Below are positions 1-13,690 of a stretch of 64,000 nucleotides of DNA, piece by piece. Position numbers and translations under genes: made by a program. This stretch comes from Marsupella aquatica (taxonomy: Eukaryota > Plantae > Marchantiophyta). Under the pieces are notes generated by a model, which searched no databases, had not been told where the DNA came from, and worked only from the letters and a program-made list of their open reading frames with translations. Positions within the stretch are counted from its first letter, which is position 1, and each line of letters opens with the position of its first letter. The stretch covers positions 10,196,286-10,260,285 of the forward strand of contig OZ316898.1 of NCBI GenBank assembly GCA_973895155.1, in the 5' to 3' direction.

Positions 1-429
1 TATATAACTTACAAACATAATCCCCCAGGCCAGGGCCTTACATTTTTCTGTGCCCTCAGGCAAGGAGTTGGGTCCCAGATATAGGCCAGAGTTGACACCG
101 AGGAAGGGCCTTACTTTACACAGAAGTAAGTTGGGACAATAATGGTGTAAGGTTGTAAGTATGTAATGAAAGACCACACATCATGGTTAGAGATGACTGT
201 GGTTGCCGCAACATGTTGTGGATGACACAGGACAGTGACTGAGACGGGAGTAGTGTAGACCTTTATCTTTGCCTTTGCATTCTTGTCCATGGGCTTCACC
301 TGACCATGGGTGCCCCAGATGTTCTGTAATAATACAGAGGTCCTGTCTGACACAGAAGAAGGGCCTTGTCTCCACAGCACTCTTTGGTGACACTAATGGT
401 GTAAGATTGTAAGGACACAATGAACAACC

Positions 430-990
430 ACACTATGATTAGAGACTACCGTGGTTACCGCAACTTGTTTTGCATGAAGGTAGACTCACCACCGTGGTTA
501 GAGATGACTGTGGTTACCGCAACTTGTTTTGCATGAAGGTAGACTCACCACCGTGGTTAGAGATGACTGTGGTTACCGCAACATGTTTTGCACAAGGCAG
601 GGTAGACTCACCGCCGTTGTTAGTGATGACTCTGGTTACCGCAACCTGTTTTGCACAAGGCAGGGGGGACTCGCCACCGTGGTTAGAGACAACTGTGGTT
701 ATCACAACATGTTTTGCACAAGGCAAGGTAGACTCACCACCGTAGTTAGAGACCCTGTGCTTACTGCAACTTGTTTTGCATGAGGCAGGGTAGAAGCACC
801 ACCGTGGTTAGAGAAAACTGTGTTTTGCACACAAGACAGGGTAGAGTCAAAACCGTGGTTAGAGACGCCTGTGCTTACCGCAACTTGTTTTGGACGAGGC
901 AGAGTAGAGTCACCACCGTGGTTAGAGACGACTATGGTTACCGCAACGTGTTTTGCACGACGCGGGGCAGAGTCACCGAGACGGAGACCA
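430..990. repeat. Tandem array of ~59-65-bp units (about 9 degenerate copies)
   Basis: The unit CACCACCGTGGTTAGAGATGACTGTGGTTACCGCAACTTGTTTTGCA recurs head to tail. The overlapping ORFs here are repetitive translations of the array. Confidence 0.9.
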
Positions 991-2235
991 CAGTAGTGTT
1001 GACCGTTATCTTGCCGTCGCGTTCTTGTCGCCCATCGGCGGCATTGGACCATCGTGAACCTCGTGGAAGTGTGGGTCTCACTGCTGCGCACTCACTGACC
1101 TTTCCTCCTTTCTCCAATTAATTCAGCTCTTCTTTGCTTTGGAAGCAACCGATTCGCTCGAGCTCTTCTCCTGTTCGTCACGGAGCTCTCTGGACGACTG
1201 GACCCCATTTCCGTTTCTTCTGTTTCTCATATTTTGACCCCGTCTGCCTTTTCTTGCGAAAAAGTGTTCTCGTTTTGGAATTCGGATTCTTCGTCACGGA
1301 TCCGACAGCAATCAGAGCAGTGGGCGTGGAGACGGGACTCGTGTGGAGTCGCGGCGTCTTTTTGCCTTGAAACTTCCAATTGAAGAATTCCAGGATCGGC
1401 AGCGTCTTCGCTACTTTACAGGTGGATCGATGTTGGAGCTCCACCGGCCCATCGATCGCGGAACACGAAGACGATCCATCCAGTTGCGCGTTCTGTAAAA
1501 AAGGGGCAGAAGTTTGCTTTAGAACCGGTAAGATACTGGTGTTACACTCTTTCTCCTGCGCCTCCTGTCACTCTTCTGTGATGAGTTTTTGTTCTCGGCG
1601 GAGGACCGGACGAGTAGGTATCATGACGAATTTGATTGGATTGTAGTTGTGGTTGATCTGGTCGCCAGTCTGGTGCAGCCCATGAGTGCCCAGAGTCCTC
1701 CTGCTCATGCTGCAATACGTTAAAATCCGGGAGATTATCATTTCTACGACTTTGTCCTGCGCCTCTTCTAATTAAATATCTTCTTGCTGTCCATCAGTAC
1801 TCAGTAGGAAGTTTTCGTACTCTTGGAGGTAGGAACGACGACGCGACCTGTGCGGACGGATCGATTGCATTTAGTAAGGTTGATCTGTTCGTGCATCACA
1901 CTATTGCACTTCTTTGTCCTGCACCTCTTCTAGTTAACTCTCTCCGCAGTTTTCGTACTCAGCGGGTGAACGAAGGACGGAGGGACGAAGCGGACGTCGC
2001 TGACAGATTGATCTGATTTTGCAGCACGGTATTTAGTGGCTTTTTGCGGTATTCCACCTCCTCGGCGAAGGCACGGACGAACGAAACGACTACCCGAACG
2101 GAGATTGATCCGATTCGAAGCGGCTATTTGTTTGGCTTGCGGGTGTTGAGGAGCTCGCCCAGGATAAGCGGGAAATAAATCTGCACTGCTCGTCGCGAAT
2201 CTTGCTCGATCACTGCGTGTGTTTCGGTCTTCACA

Positions 2236-3722
2236 ATGGTGAGTCATGCGCCCTGAGGAGAGGATGGTGAGCGATATGCATCTAGAAAAGGAGGGCAGAT
2301 TGCAGGGGAGAGGTCGGGCGGCTGTCGTGCCCTACGTGCATCTTTTTGGCCTCTTTAGCTCCTAGCTGTGTGTCTGGTGATAACTTTTGTTGGTGCTTCT
2401 GTCGATGTAGAGACCTTTTTCCAGGGAAGTAATCATGTGGCGAGCTCGTCCACAGTAGGTTGAGGTCGGTCTGTCTGTTGTCGGTCCAATGTGGGAGAAA
2501 CTTGTCTAGGTCCATGCCGTCGTCGAAGTCTTAACACGATAGGAGATAGACTAGCGTCTCTGTAATCGCTACCGTTGGGTACATCTGGTCGTGAGAAGGA
2601 AGTGGCCATTAATGATTCAGTCGTCCCACTGAGCTCTGCGGAATTCGTAAAATGGCGTAACAATTTATATGTTGGCGTCCATCGAAGTCGTCAGCGGCAC
2701 CGCTGTTTTCATGCCCCATTGTTGAGAGTTGTGCGTTTTTTTGTCGAAAGCCAGTCAGCGACCCGTTAGGGAGGTTCTGGATGCCGATTCGTACGTTGAA
2801 GAATTGAAAACATACATATCAATTGTATGAGCTCTGGCTCGCATGTTTGGGATTCTCTGGATCATTTCGGCAAAGCTGACCTGACTTTTTCTCCGGGTGG
2901 CTGGAATCCTCATTTTCAATGAAAGGACGTCAGGGCCGTTCATGTAACTTTGCACTGATATTTCGAGGATCTGTTTGACTCATTTTTCTCTCCGATTCTC
3001 AGCAGTATGCACGTTTACGTAAATGGCGCTTCCTCGGCGTCCATGAAAGTGAGGGGTCTAGCCGAACGGAGAAAAGGAAAGGAAGGTTAAAATCGGAATG
3101 AGGGATTTGCAATTGTAGAGTATTTCTCGTGAATTGAGGCAATATCTGAGTCGAATAAGTTCTGGCAATGCTGCGAGTCTTCTCGAGCAAGTCATCGCCA
3201 CCGTGAACCCTAAAAGTTGTGGGAGGACGTACACTTCTGCCACCTTGTGTGCGCAGTTCATTACAGCAGACTTCCTCAATTGTCAAGAGGGTGAGAATTT
3301 ATATTCAAAATGTACAGGTCTGTCCACGAGTTTTGTCCTTTGCTCAAGTTTGCAGTCATTTTGGATTTTGCAGACAACTTCAAAGAGATTGGCTGACCGC
3401 AAAAGCGCCAAGTTCCAGAAAAATGTTCTTAAAAGGGGAGCAGTCCCTGAGACGACTGTGAAGAAGAGCAACCCTTACCCGGTCGGACCCATCGTCCTTG
3501 GCTTCTTCATATTTGTTGTGATCGGTTCAGGTATGGAACTCGTCCTTGGTTGTATCCCGTTATCCACATTTTTTTTGCCGTAGGATAGGAGTCATATTGC
3601 AGCATCCATTCGGGAAATTCTTTATGCGGTAGCTTGATGGATTACTGATTACGTCATTGCTGTTATGGTTTTCAGCCATCTTGCAAATCTTCAGGACTGC
3701 TACAAGTGGAGGATTGGCTTGA
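2236..3722 (+). CDS. RAMP4: RAMP4/SERP1 stress-associated ER membrane protein (68 aa); exons 2236-2238 (ATG only), 3374-3530, 3676-3722
   Basis: The spliced product MTTSKRLADRKSAKFQKNVLKRGAVPETTVKKSNPYPVGPIVLGFFIFVVIGSAILQIFRTATSGGLA matches the plant RAMP4 pattern. Junctions are GT-AG and in phase. The ATG|GTGAGT first exon at 2236 is inferred, with an alternative at 2264. Confidence 0.9.
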
Positions 3723-5190
3723 ACGAGCTGAGCTAGGTTTAATTTTCGACAGTGATGCCGAGATGTCAACTATAGAATGGCATGCACCAGGCATTGTGTC
3801 CTTAGATGTACAGATTTATGTGTGATAAGAGGGCATCATAACGAAGGTCGAGAGATTCGAGAGGTGGCTCTGATATTAGAAAGTTTTGAAGATTAGCTGC
3901 CATCCCTGGATTGGGTGATGGATATTCCACCTGAGATACGCTCATTTATTTTGTGGTAAGACTTTTAAGAGAATGAAAATTTGGTACCATCCGTGAATTG
4001 AACTTTCTCGATTACTTGACGAAATTCATATCGTAGACTGCACAAGCGACCGTGCAAGTATTGTCGTCTTTCATTTTGGGTAGTTAATGCCAGGCTACAA
4101 ACGATAGCCTGAAAGTGCAGTATTACATATTGATCAACTCTTGCTTTTATTGCGTGAACACCGATACAACCTTCGGAAAGTGCAGTATATACTGATTAAC
4201 TTTGCTTTAATGGGGGAACCTCGATACAACCTGAAGATCCAAGACCGTTTACGATGCTCTTACTTTAGCCGGATCCTCGAAGAGCTTTGCGTTCGCAGGA
4301 CGTGAACGTGATATTGTTTCATTAAATTTTGATGTACATTAAATACTATCTAGATGAGATAGATGTTGAAAACATTTTAACATCCAAGACTGAGGACGTG
4401 GACAAGTCGGTTCATCGGTTATGGGATTCGGAAGACTACTCAGGACTCAGTTTGGACATTCAACCACTGTCCCCAGGGAAAACATTAGACTAACTTATGC
4501 TAACTAAGATTTACGAAAGGCTAGCTACCCGACATGGTGTGAAGCTCGAGGTTCATTTATCATAAGCATTAAGATCAGATATACTACATTGCAGCTTGCC
4601 TAGGCAAGTTGGTATCCGCCCTTTTCCGAAGATCACAGAGGTTAGAATGGCCCAAGCCCGGCCACCGTCATCTCGTGTATACTCACCCACCATTTCAATT
4701 CTATGTGCCGACTTCTGAAGATAAATGGATTTCACTGTGTCCTGCTCGAGCGTCGTACCGCTAGATCGATGATCACGAACTTGCTTGTTCCCAGAACAGG
4801 ACATGACTTCACCTTTTAGAAAACTATCCGCTTTTATTCTTGGAATCACTTTGGCATAAACTAGGGTATAAACCATGATCATATAAACTTACTTTGGTCG
4901 CATTGCATTTATGAAGGACTCTCATTGGAGTTCTCACTATGGAGAAAATGCAGTCTACGACAGACAATTCTAACCATGTGTAATCCCAGTGCTAAAATAT
5001 AAATCAAATCCTTGCAGGTATGACTCCCCCCCGAGAGGTGGACAAACTTTCGCAGTTGGATCAGCTGAAAGTGTGATTCGGCTTCCAAGCAAACCTCCCT
5101 TCCAGTTTGGCACCATCGTCTGTGGTACTTATCATGTGGGCAGCCACATTAGTTTCCTTGCAGAAAGATGGCCTTTACTTGGGCTTCCTT

Positions 5191-8100
5191 TCATCTGATT
5201 GGAAGGAGGGGACGTGCATCAAACGACCGCCTTGTTTGTTCAATAGGAGCCTCTCCATATAATGTTGTTCGCTGGCGCGGTCTCTTGTTTACCGAGAGTA
5301 TCAATTTCTCCATGTCTTGCGGTGGTAGCTCCTCACCTACCAAGTCAAAGACACGTTACCCATCCATTTGTTTGGTTATTCTAATAGCAAGAACATCAGG
5401 CAACTTAAAGCTGCAAAGATTCGAATATAGTTCGCCAAACGTTCTTGCATGTACAACGTATTTCATGGTGGATATATTTGGTACCATAAGACGCCCCAGC
5501 TGCGCGTGTTATACTCTCATTCATAAGAGAACCTCCCATATCGTTGCATCCAGCAGCAAGCAGGGCTTTTGCACCACCAGGGCCCATTTTTACCCAAGAT
5601 GCCTGGTACAGTTATGCGAGCAAAACAATCCTTTGCAGTTTAGCAAAACAGGCCACAGCAGAACACTACTACACAAAAACAGGGATGGGTAAGGTGTGTT
5701 TCATATACATAAATTTATATATGCCATTGGTTCAAAAAGCAGAAATCTAATCTTAATATCCTCCCTGCCCTCCTAACAGAGTTCAAAATACTACATCAAA
5801 CAGATCTATTCCCGGAGCGGGAAAGTGAAACCACAGAACAGCTTCACCACAGAAAAGTGTTAAGCTGACAGGTTGCATTCGTCTAAGTACGTCAAGTTCG
5901 AAAAAAAACTGAAAATGAAAGAAGAAGCTCAAGACACAAGCAGGAAGGATTTATTAACCTGTATGTTAGTTATGAAAGGATGAAGTGCTAGACGAGCCAC
6001 TGAATGCATCAAGATGCACTCACGCATTGTTGGCCCTTTCCTTGCTCTTCCTTTAATGAATACAGGTGCCTGAAGGAAGATGCCAATGTCAATGATGAAA
6101 AATGCATGGGCACTGATTTCGTTTGCGTCCAGATTTCTGCTGACAAAGCGTAGCAGTGTTGGCCAAGTTTTGGCAGTGGTAGAAACGGTGTGACCGAAGC
6201 TAGAGAAAAAGTAATCTAAACCTGTTTTAAACTTCAGCTGTTGATAGTTTCGCCCATAATACATCTAATTTTATTAACAAAGCAAACAAGAAAACAAAGA
6301 AAGTATTGGTAGCACTACAATCTCACGACGAGTCTTTGAAAAACATTTAGACCTGCATGTGCACGAAAGGCAGAGGTACAAACTCAGTGAACCCTCCTGT
6401 CTGCTTCTGTAAATCTCTCAGGTGTAGGAGATGCCGTGCCCTGGATATCCCATGTAATCACCCCATGTTTCCCCTGCAAATTAGGTTCAACAATGATGAA
6501 GAGTAGGACTACCATGTTACACAAAAAAAGTTCGTTGCTGCCTATTAGATTTGGGTAAATCCTTTCTTTACCGAATAAGACAATCGGCAACTTAGGTGTC
6601 CTTGTGCATGTCTCCGCGTCTGGTCCAAAGTGAAAGAAACTTCAAAAGGTTCCTTACCACTGATGAGGGTGATCCAGGTGTCCAAACATTATTGTTGAAG
6701 TTGTGCGCAAGCCAATTTCATGAGCTGTTCTTATGACCTTCCCATGAGCAAAAATAAAAGTGGTCAATTCTCTCAAGTTGCGTCGGAACTTCTCAAATGA
6801 GATGCTTAAATGCCTCGTAAACAACGAATCCATGTTAAATATTGTTTAAGCAAGAGATGCGCTATTTAGAACATTCCAGTCTAAACACTGTGGATAAAAC
6901 TAGAATGATTGTCTTGTTTACTCGTGAGTCGGCTTTAGAAGAAGTCAGAGATATTTGACATGCACTTTCCTCACCTCCAGCCATTGCCGAGTATTAATTT
7001 TGTCAGGACACAGAACATCTCGGACGTCATCGTCCAGTACCTGAAATCAATCACAATAATACAAAGAATATCATTAAAAAGCGTTGATGACCTTTCAGGT
7101 ATCGTAATCTGGACTTCCCACACACACAGCGCTTTTTCGGTCACATTCAAGCCACAGAGACAAATCCTGAGGCTTCGAAAATACGCAGGAGAAAGTTGTA
7201 AGCTGCAATCGTAATAGAAAAAACTTGCGGAGTTAAGATTTTACTTCCGCAGCTGTGCCAGGTAGTGACCCAAGGCCCGCTTTCTTTAGCTCCACCAAAT
7301 ATTCTTTCAAGCTGTCGAGACAAGACAAAGAACATTCAATAAGTGCGCGTTGTGTATCCGTCCTGTATTAAGACTCGCAGACCGCCCTTGTTTCTTAGTT
7401 CATGCTTCTCCTGATTGTTCTTACTTGAATTGTTTAGAGTGACATCGTCCTGGTGACTGGATGTTGCATATTGGAAGTTAAGCTATTCTAAAGTTGTATA
7501 TTAGCTGTGAAAGTAAAATACAAACTTGAATTGTATGCATGAGCCACAAGCCGCAGGCAACACGTGAACTGACAGTGGTTTCTGGATCTTAAGATAGAAA
7601 AGGAGCAGTGCAAGAATACAGAGAGTGTGCTTTTAGGAATCGGAAATGTAGGCAGCGACAATTTACTCTGAATCACTGGGTATACAATATTACACTAACC
7701 AGAGCTCCACGAAAGATATAGCCTTATGGGTAAGATTTGGAATTCTTCCTCACGGTGCCCAATCCTAGAACTCCATGCTTACAGGTCAAGGTACCCTTGG
7801 CAAAGACAATATGACAACGAGCGAAAAAAATATAACTGAAAAATTAAATAAAAACCTGATTCGAAGAGTAGCTGCGCCCTGGAAAACTTCCAATGGTGAA
7901 AATGCATGAACGTGAATTTCTGGAACCACTTTCTGAACTGCTTTTAGAATGTCCAAGTATGTCTCTCCCGTGTAATCAGGGTGAATACCTCCCTGTAGAA
8001 AACATGGAAGAAGATTGGCATTGTTGAGTCTCTACAGACTTTCCCTGTCAGGGAGATGAGAACTAGCTCCACGGAGGGCTGAGAAACATGATGGCATGGA

Positions 8101-11100
8101 AAGGTCCTTCGAGTAACTCTACCGCACAAATTAAACTGACCTTCAACCCTGCGATGATAACTGAATCTCAACAAGAGTTCGAGTGAATTTTAGACATCAT
8201 GAGCATGAAACAAGGTCATACCTGCATGCAGACCTCAGTAGCTCCCCTTTCCCATGCCTCAATAGCTCTGCGAGAAATCTCTTCTAAAGATAGCCTGGGT
8301 TACCGAGAAACACAAGCAGTGGTAGACAACAAAAGATCCTCAAACGTTAACCAGGATTTGCAGTTCAAACTTGGCACCATTCATGCTTTCATCTATCGAA
8401 TATAGCTAATACGACCGGTCATGTGATACACTGACTAAACGGTGAGATTGAACCCAACAAGGAAATCGAGAGATACCTGTATGGTTTTCCGCGCAAATCT
8501 TCACTGTTCTTGCCCTTACTGCCAACTCAGATCCCAAATTTGAATTTTACTTGCATGCAAACACTTTCCAGTGGCATATAAAATCCCAAAATTTCATGAT
8601 CTGAGACTTTGTTTAAGTAGGCTACTACTATCTTTTAGCATATTTGATAGGGTCAGACATGACCGGATCCCAACGACGTTCAGCTAAGTAACGCGTTGTA
8701 AAGAGTTCCAAGAATTTCATGAAGCTAAAATCAAACTAGGTTTGTCATGCAACATTTGTACAAACAGCATCTGAACTAAATCTAGCAAACTCTCACCTGA
8801 AAGCACAGAACTGACATCCGTAAGTACACACATTGGTGTAATTAATATTGCGGTTTACCACATAGGCAACCTGCAAAATTGAATTTTATCCCGCTTTATT
8901 GGAAAGACAGGAAAATGAGACTGAAAGAGACATATGATAGGAAATGGAGCCCACATTCGCTAAGTTTATTTGTTTATTAAACCATTCGCCCCAGGTATTA
9001 GAGATACACCCAGTCCCAAATGTAGGTGTGGCTCTCATGCAAGCCCCACTTCAGAAAGCTGGCAACACAAGATTAAATGAAAAGCACCTATCAAAACTTG
9101 AAGAAGTGAATGATTGCAACAGGTCTGCATATGGCTAAAGAAGGTATTCACTTTTGAATCTAAAGCTATCGGAAGCCGTCGGCCCTACCTCGTCACCATT
9201 GACACGGGCCCGCAAATCATTAGCGGCCGCTGTAATCACCTCCACGTCTGCTCCCATGGCCCGGAACAATTTTGTTATCTCCAGCTGCAAACCCAAGATC
9301 CCTTTCTTAGAACAAAAGTTCAATAGGGATTTCCAAGCACTGATGCTACTAAAGAAGCATTGAGTCTCAAACGGAGCTCCCTTATCATATAATGTAGAAA
9401 TCAATTTAGGTCATCGACAACCAATCCGTTACTCACGCTTAACCGATTTGCAGAACAAGAAAATCGAAATCCTACAAGCTAGGTTTTCTCAACCAACCTC
9501 AGTTAAATCATTTCCCAGTTGAGCTTTTGCTACAATCCGAGTAATCTCAGAGCTTCCTATTCCTGCCACAGTGTTTCGAAGTAAGAAACACAGAGAGTGT
9601 AACAAACTTCATTTTTGCCTTCTCAATATTGCGTTCTGAAACTTTGTAAATTTCAGTCATGATGTTTTGGATGATTGATGCGTGTGACGTTCTACAGATT
9701 TTGGCCAGATTTGCATAACTCGGCCTCAAAATCCAACAATATCCCTGACAGCCCTGATAATGCGTAATCAGTTTGCTACCAGGGAGCAGACCAGCCTTCA
9801 AGCCATTTCTACTGTATATGTGTAAGAACGAGAAGGAGAAATAACGCCAGGGAGTATTAAAAGAAAATCTCCAATGAGCAAAAGTTTGTCAGAATGACGG
9901 ATAGAAAAACAATTTCACTTCATTCGAAAATTCCTTCTGGCAAGGAAATCAAATCATCAAACTCCATAAAATCTTGGAACAGAGAAACTCAGGTGCCTGG
10001 AGTACAAGCTATAATGAATCAGTTTCAGGGTCCGTAATAGAAAGTCACAGAGAAACAGACCACTCCTTTGAAATGCCGAGGGCATTGAAACAGTGCCATC
10101 TCTCCCGACTGAAATCCTCTCTAAAAGAGAAACTTCTCCGCTTGTCGTGGCTGAAGACTCTTCGATCATATTTGTAATTCCTAGGCTCTTGATTCCATCG
10201 CTTTTCTCCCCAACAGTAAACTCAGAGGCCATAGGAATCTGCGATTCATTTGAATGTAGTCCAGGAGACCAAGCTTCTGCTCGTGCATAGCCCAAACTAT
10301 TCGAACTCGAAAGGACTGTCTTCATGACTGCTGTTTCCTGTAAAAGTGATAGATGATGAGGAAGTAGTATTAGCACGGCTGAATAAGGGCGCCTGCAGTC
10401 ATGAGTAAGTAAACATTTGATATTCTCTAATACCACAACATATACTTAATGCGATCCAGTACTGCAATAGCTTGTACCTTGCATTGCAACGATAGATGTA
10501 AGAGGATTCCACTGGCTGGTAATGATCAGTAAAGTTGCCAGTGCAATAATCGGTTTAGGGGTATCAATAGATCAATGAATCAATTTGTTGAAATAGTCAG
10601 AAGGTAATACCAAGTACATAGCTTTGAAAGATGTCACTCAAAGGGCTGCCCGCTGTAAAGAATTAACCAAATAAAGACATTACAAGAGGCAGAAGACTCA
10701 CCAACCAAGCTGACGACTCTTGAAAATAATGAGGATAAATGGGTAGGCGTGGCACAAGTGATTTTCTGGCGTCGAGTGTTGCTGCAGCAAGAGATGAGAT
10801 ATGTGGCCACGGCGCCTGCTCAGGGACAAACCATTGGTAGGAGCAAAATCAATTCACATGAAGTGAGATTTCCAAAACAGCCCGGAGCGGATGTTCGTTT
10901 ACAGCAGAAAAGATTTATAGTCCACCTGCTCACGCCCATCCACTCAAAAGAAATTCACTGTGTGTCGGTATCCCATCGACAATAATGCACGACCTTGTTA
11001 TCCCAACTTGAGCATGTATTGCTACAAATTTCCTATAGTCTTTCCTTTAGCCAAAACAAGTTTGGGAAAAGAAAATCACCTCAGGGTTTACCCAGTCCTT

Positions 11101-13075
11101 CGTGACGGGTGAGATTCCTCCCCAATCATTGATTCCCGAATCAATCAAAGCCTTCCAACTTCCCTCTTTCTCCATTGAACTGCGAAAACCCATGTCAAGT
11201 GACAAGTAGTCACCGCCCCGGGATGTTGCGGTTAGGACACCAAGCGAGTTTTATCCTACACAAGTAATATTTCTGATTCAAAAGGTCGTCTTCTACCCGA
11301 GACCATTCAGCAAATTTTGGCGAATTTTCGTTTTTAAATATCGTTTCCTGATCAGAAAACTATAACCAAGAAAGACTATCACCCTCTCCTCTTCATTTCA
11401 TTCTGCCTACTCCAGAGGTTGCGACGAAAATCCAAAGTAAGACATCGTACTTGTGAGGAGTCAAATTTGGAGGAGCTTGGATGCTCATTGATGACCCAAA
11501 TGCCAAACGTGCCATGGCGATCGTCCATTGCAGTTCGTGAAGGGGTGGTTCTTGGGCATTTTCCATCCTGGTTCCTTTCTTGGCACGAAAATTTTGAATT
11601 ATCAGCTCTTGAATGTGACCAAATTTTGCATGGAGATCGCGGATGGCGAATAGACTCTCCAGTCTCTCTTCTCGTGTTTCACCAATTCCAATAAGTAGCC
11701 CTGAAGTAAACGGGACTTTCTCCTCACCTGTATCGGCACGAAGGTTCAAATTCACCACTTGTTTCTGAGTAAAAGGGACGATACGGATACAACTACTAGA
11801 CCCGTATCTGGAATAGTAACTCGCGGCATCAAACCGGAACCATGGACAGCACAATTCATTCATTCGGTCATATCAAACTTTTCGAAATCCAAAATTGTGT
11901 CGAATTCGTGCATAATCGTTCGTCTCAGCTAAACAGCAAGAGAGATGACTTAGTTAGATATCAGTGAGATGTTACCAGCTGCTGCAATTGTTCCAAGACG
12001 CGCAGAAGGATGTTTATCTGGACAATTGTGATGCGGACCCCCGGGTTCTAGAAGTCTTTCGGACAAGGACTCCAACATCAGCCCTTGGCTAGCAGAGACT
12101 TTGCGAAGAAGAGCCACATCCTCTCGTCCCATGACGCCAGCATTGATGTGGGGCAGCAAACCGGTTTCTTCAAGGACAATCTTAGCTACTGCTGCTACAT
12201 AGTAGATTGTCGACTGATATCCCATGGCTGCAAGCTACAAAGAATCAACTGAGGAGGTGAGTAAGAGCTTTCGCGAACTATCAAAGGGCTGAAGACTGAA
12301 TAATTGCGGCAGCATGACAATTCCCAACGAAGAATTAAAATATCCACCACCAGTTAACGCAGTTCGAGTGCACAGCGCGCAATCAATTCTACGGACAGAG
12401 ACACCGCACCTCTCTATTTGCCTGGGCGTACCGTAATTCAGGCTTATCCCCCAAGGTAAAAAGAGCTTCCGAGCAGCCTGCTGCAGCTCCATCTCTGGCA
12501 ATCTTCAACACCTCGTCCACGGTCATGTACACTGACTGACCAGCCCTTGGGCCCAGGGCGAATGTGCAGTAGCCGCACGAGTCCCTACACACCCTCGTGA
12601 GAGGTATGAAAACCTTCGGCGAGAATGTGATGATGGAGGAATCAATCCTCTGATCCCGAATTTGTGCGGCAGCTTTCGTGAGCAGTCCTATGTCCAAATC
12701 CGCCACTCTGCGAATGTAGCTTTGGTCAGGATACTCGCCTAATTTGCCGTCACGTATCTGAACCAGAATCTCGACATCCGAAGTAGCTCCGGACCGCTGC
12801 ACGCAAGCTCTCACCACGGAATTTTGTCCCTTGATATTTGTCGACAAATGTGTAGCAACTCTCTGGTCTTTCTCCCGCATTCTACTAACACGAGACACAC
12901 GAAATGACGCAAACTTGGCGGTCCTTTCGCTTAGATTTCCAGCGGCGTAGGAGTTCGTGGAATCCCTTCCAACGACACCACAGGCTCTCTTATCGCCGTG
13001 AAAGCTCTTGTTGCTCATGAGGCTGTAGTAGCAGCCCGTGCCAACACCAACAGCCAGCGAATGCATCATCATCAT
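5191..13075 (-). CDS. fbiC: Bifunctional FO synthase (7,8-didemethyl-8-hydroxy-5-deazariboflavin synthase; CofG+CofH radical-SAM fusion, FbiC type), ~951 aa, 19 exons
   Basis: Exons: 13075-12410, 12234-11976, 11727-11451, 11179-11080, 10815-10702, 10337-10061, 9562-9498, 9284-9189, 8870-8797, 8518-8477, 8294-8222, 7992-7856, 7311-7245, 7040-6975, 6737-6658, 6440-6353, 6069-5959, 5602-5485, 5336-5191. All junctions are GT-AG and phase-compatible, totalling 2856 nt. CofG motifs: [55 protein letters not shown]. CofH motifs: [74 protein letters not shown]. Confidence 0.95.
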
Positions 13076-13219
13076 TCTTCACTGGCAGATTTTGCGCAAT
13101 TTTCCAGCACGCGCAAGCCACACACCAGTCGTCACAGCTCCTCCTCCACGATTTCTCTCTCGGACAACGACCAGTTTGAGAATCAGCACTTCGCAATTAA
13201 TTCTTCTGCAATGCACCAC

Positions 13220-13640
13220 TCTCTGTAGATTTCAGCGCCATTTTTGTTGCCGATTACGCGATACTCCAAGTAGATTTCAGCGCCACCTTGTCACCAATTC
13301 TGCAAACTCCGAAGAGATTTCAGCGCCACTTTGTCACCGATTCTGCAAACACTCCGAGTAGATTTCAGCGCCGGACCCATTTCAGCACTACTCTGAGTAG
13401 ACTTCAGCGTCACCTTGTCACCGATTCAGCACTACTCCGAGTAGATTTCAGCGCCACTCTGTCACCGATTCCGCAAATGCTCTCAGTAGATTTCAAGCGC
13501 CGGACCCCTCTCAGCACTACTCTGAGTAGATTTCAGCGTCATCGATTCAAGCAGTACTCCGAGTAGATTTCAGGACCGCGCCCTATTCAGCATTGCTCTG
13601 AGTAGATTTCAGCGGCACTTTGTCACTGATTTCAGCGCAG
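13220..13640. repeat. Tandem array of ~11 degenerate 35-45-bp units immediately upstream of FO synthase
   Basis: The conserved core GAGTAGATTTCAGCG recurs with related but variable intervening sequence (CACCTTGTCACCGATT or GGACCC...TCAGCACTACT). Confidence 0.85.
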
Positions 13641-13684
13641 AGGCGCGCTTTTTCCAACTGGCTCTGTCCGCGGCACTCATTTCA

Positions 13685-13690
13685 CACGTG
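13685..13690. promoter_or_regulatory. G-box (ACACGTGT) in the putative FO synthase promoter
   Basis: CACGTG lies ~610 bp upstream of the ATG and 70 bp from the MULE insertion. Function is inferred from the motif only. Confidence 0.4.

Noticed and set aside
5191-13075. Bacterial contamination or recent HGT of fbiC
   Set aside because: It has 18 canonical spliceosomal introns, an N-terminal extension and plant neighbours, and FO synthase is already known in green algae.
13220-13640. CRISPR-like repeat/spacer appearance
   Set aside because: The spacers are homologous to each other, the repeats are short and degenerate, the context is eukaryotic and no cas genes are present. It is a minisatellite.
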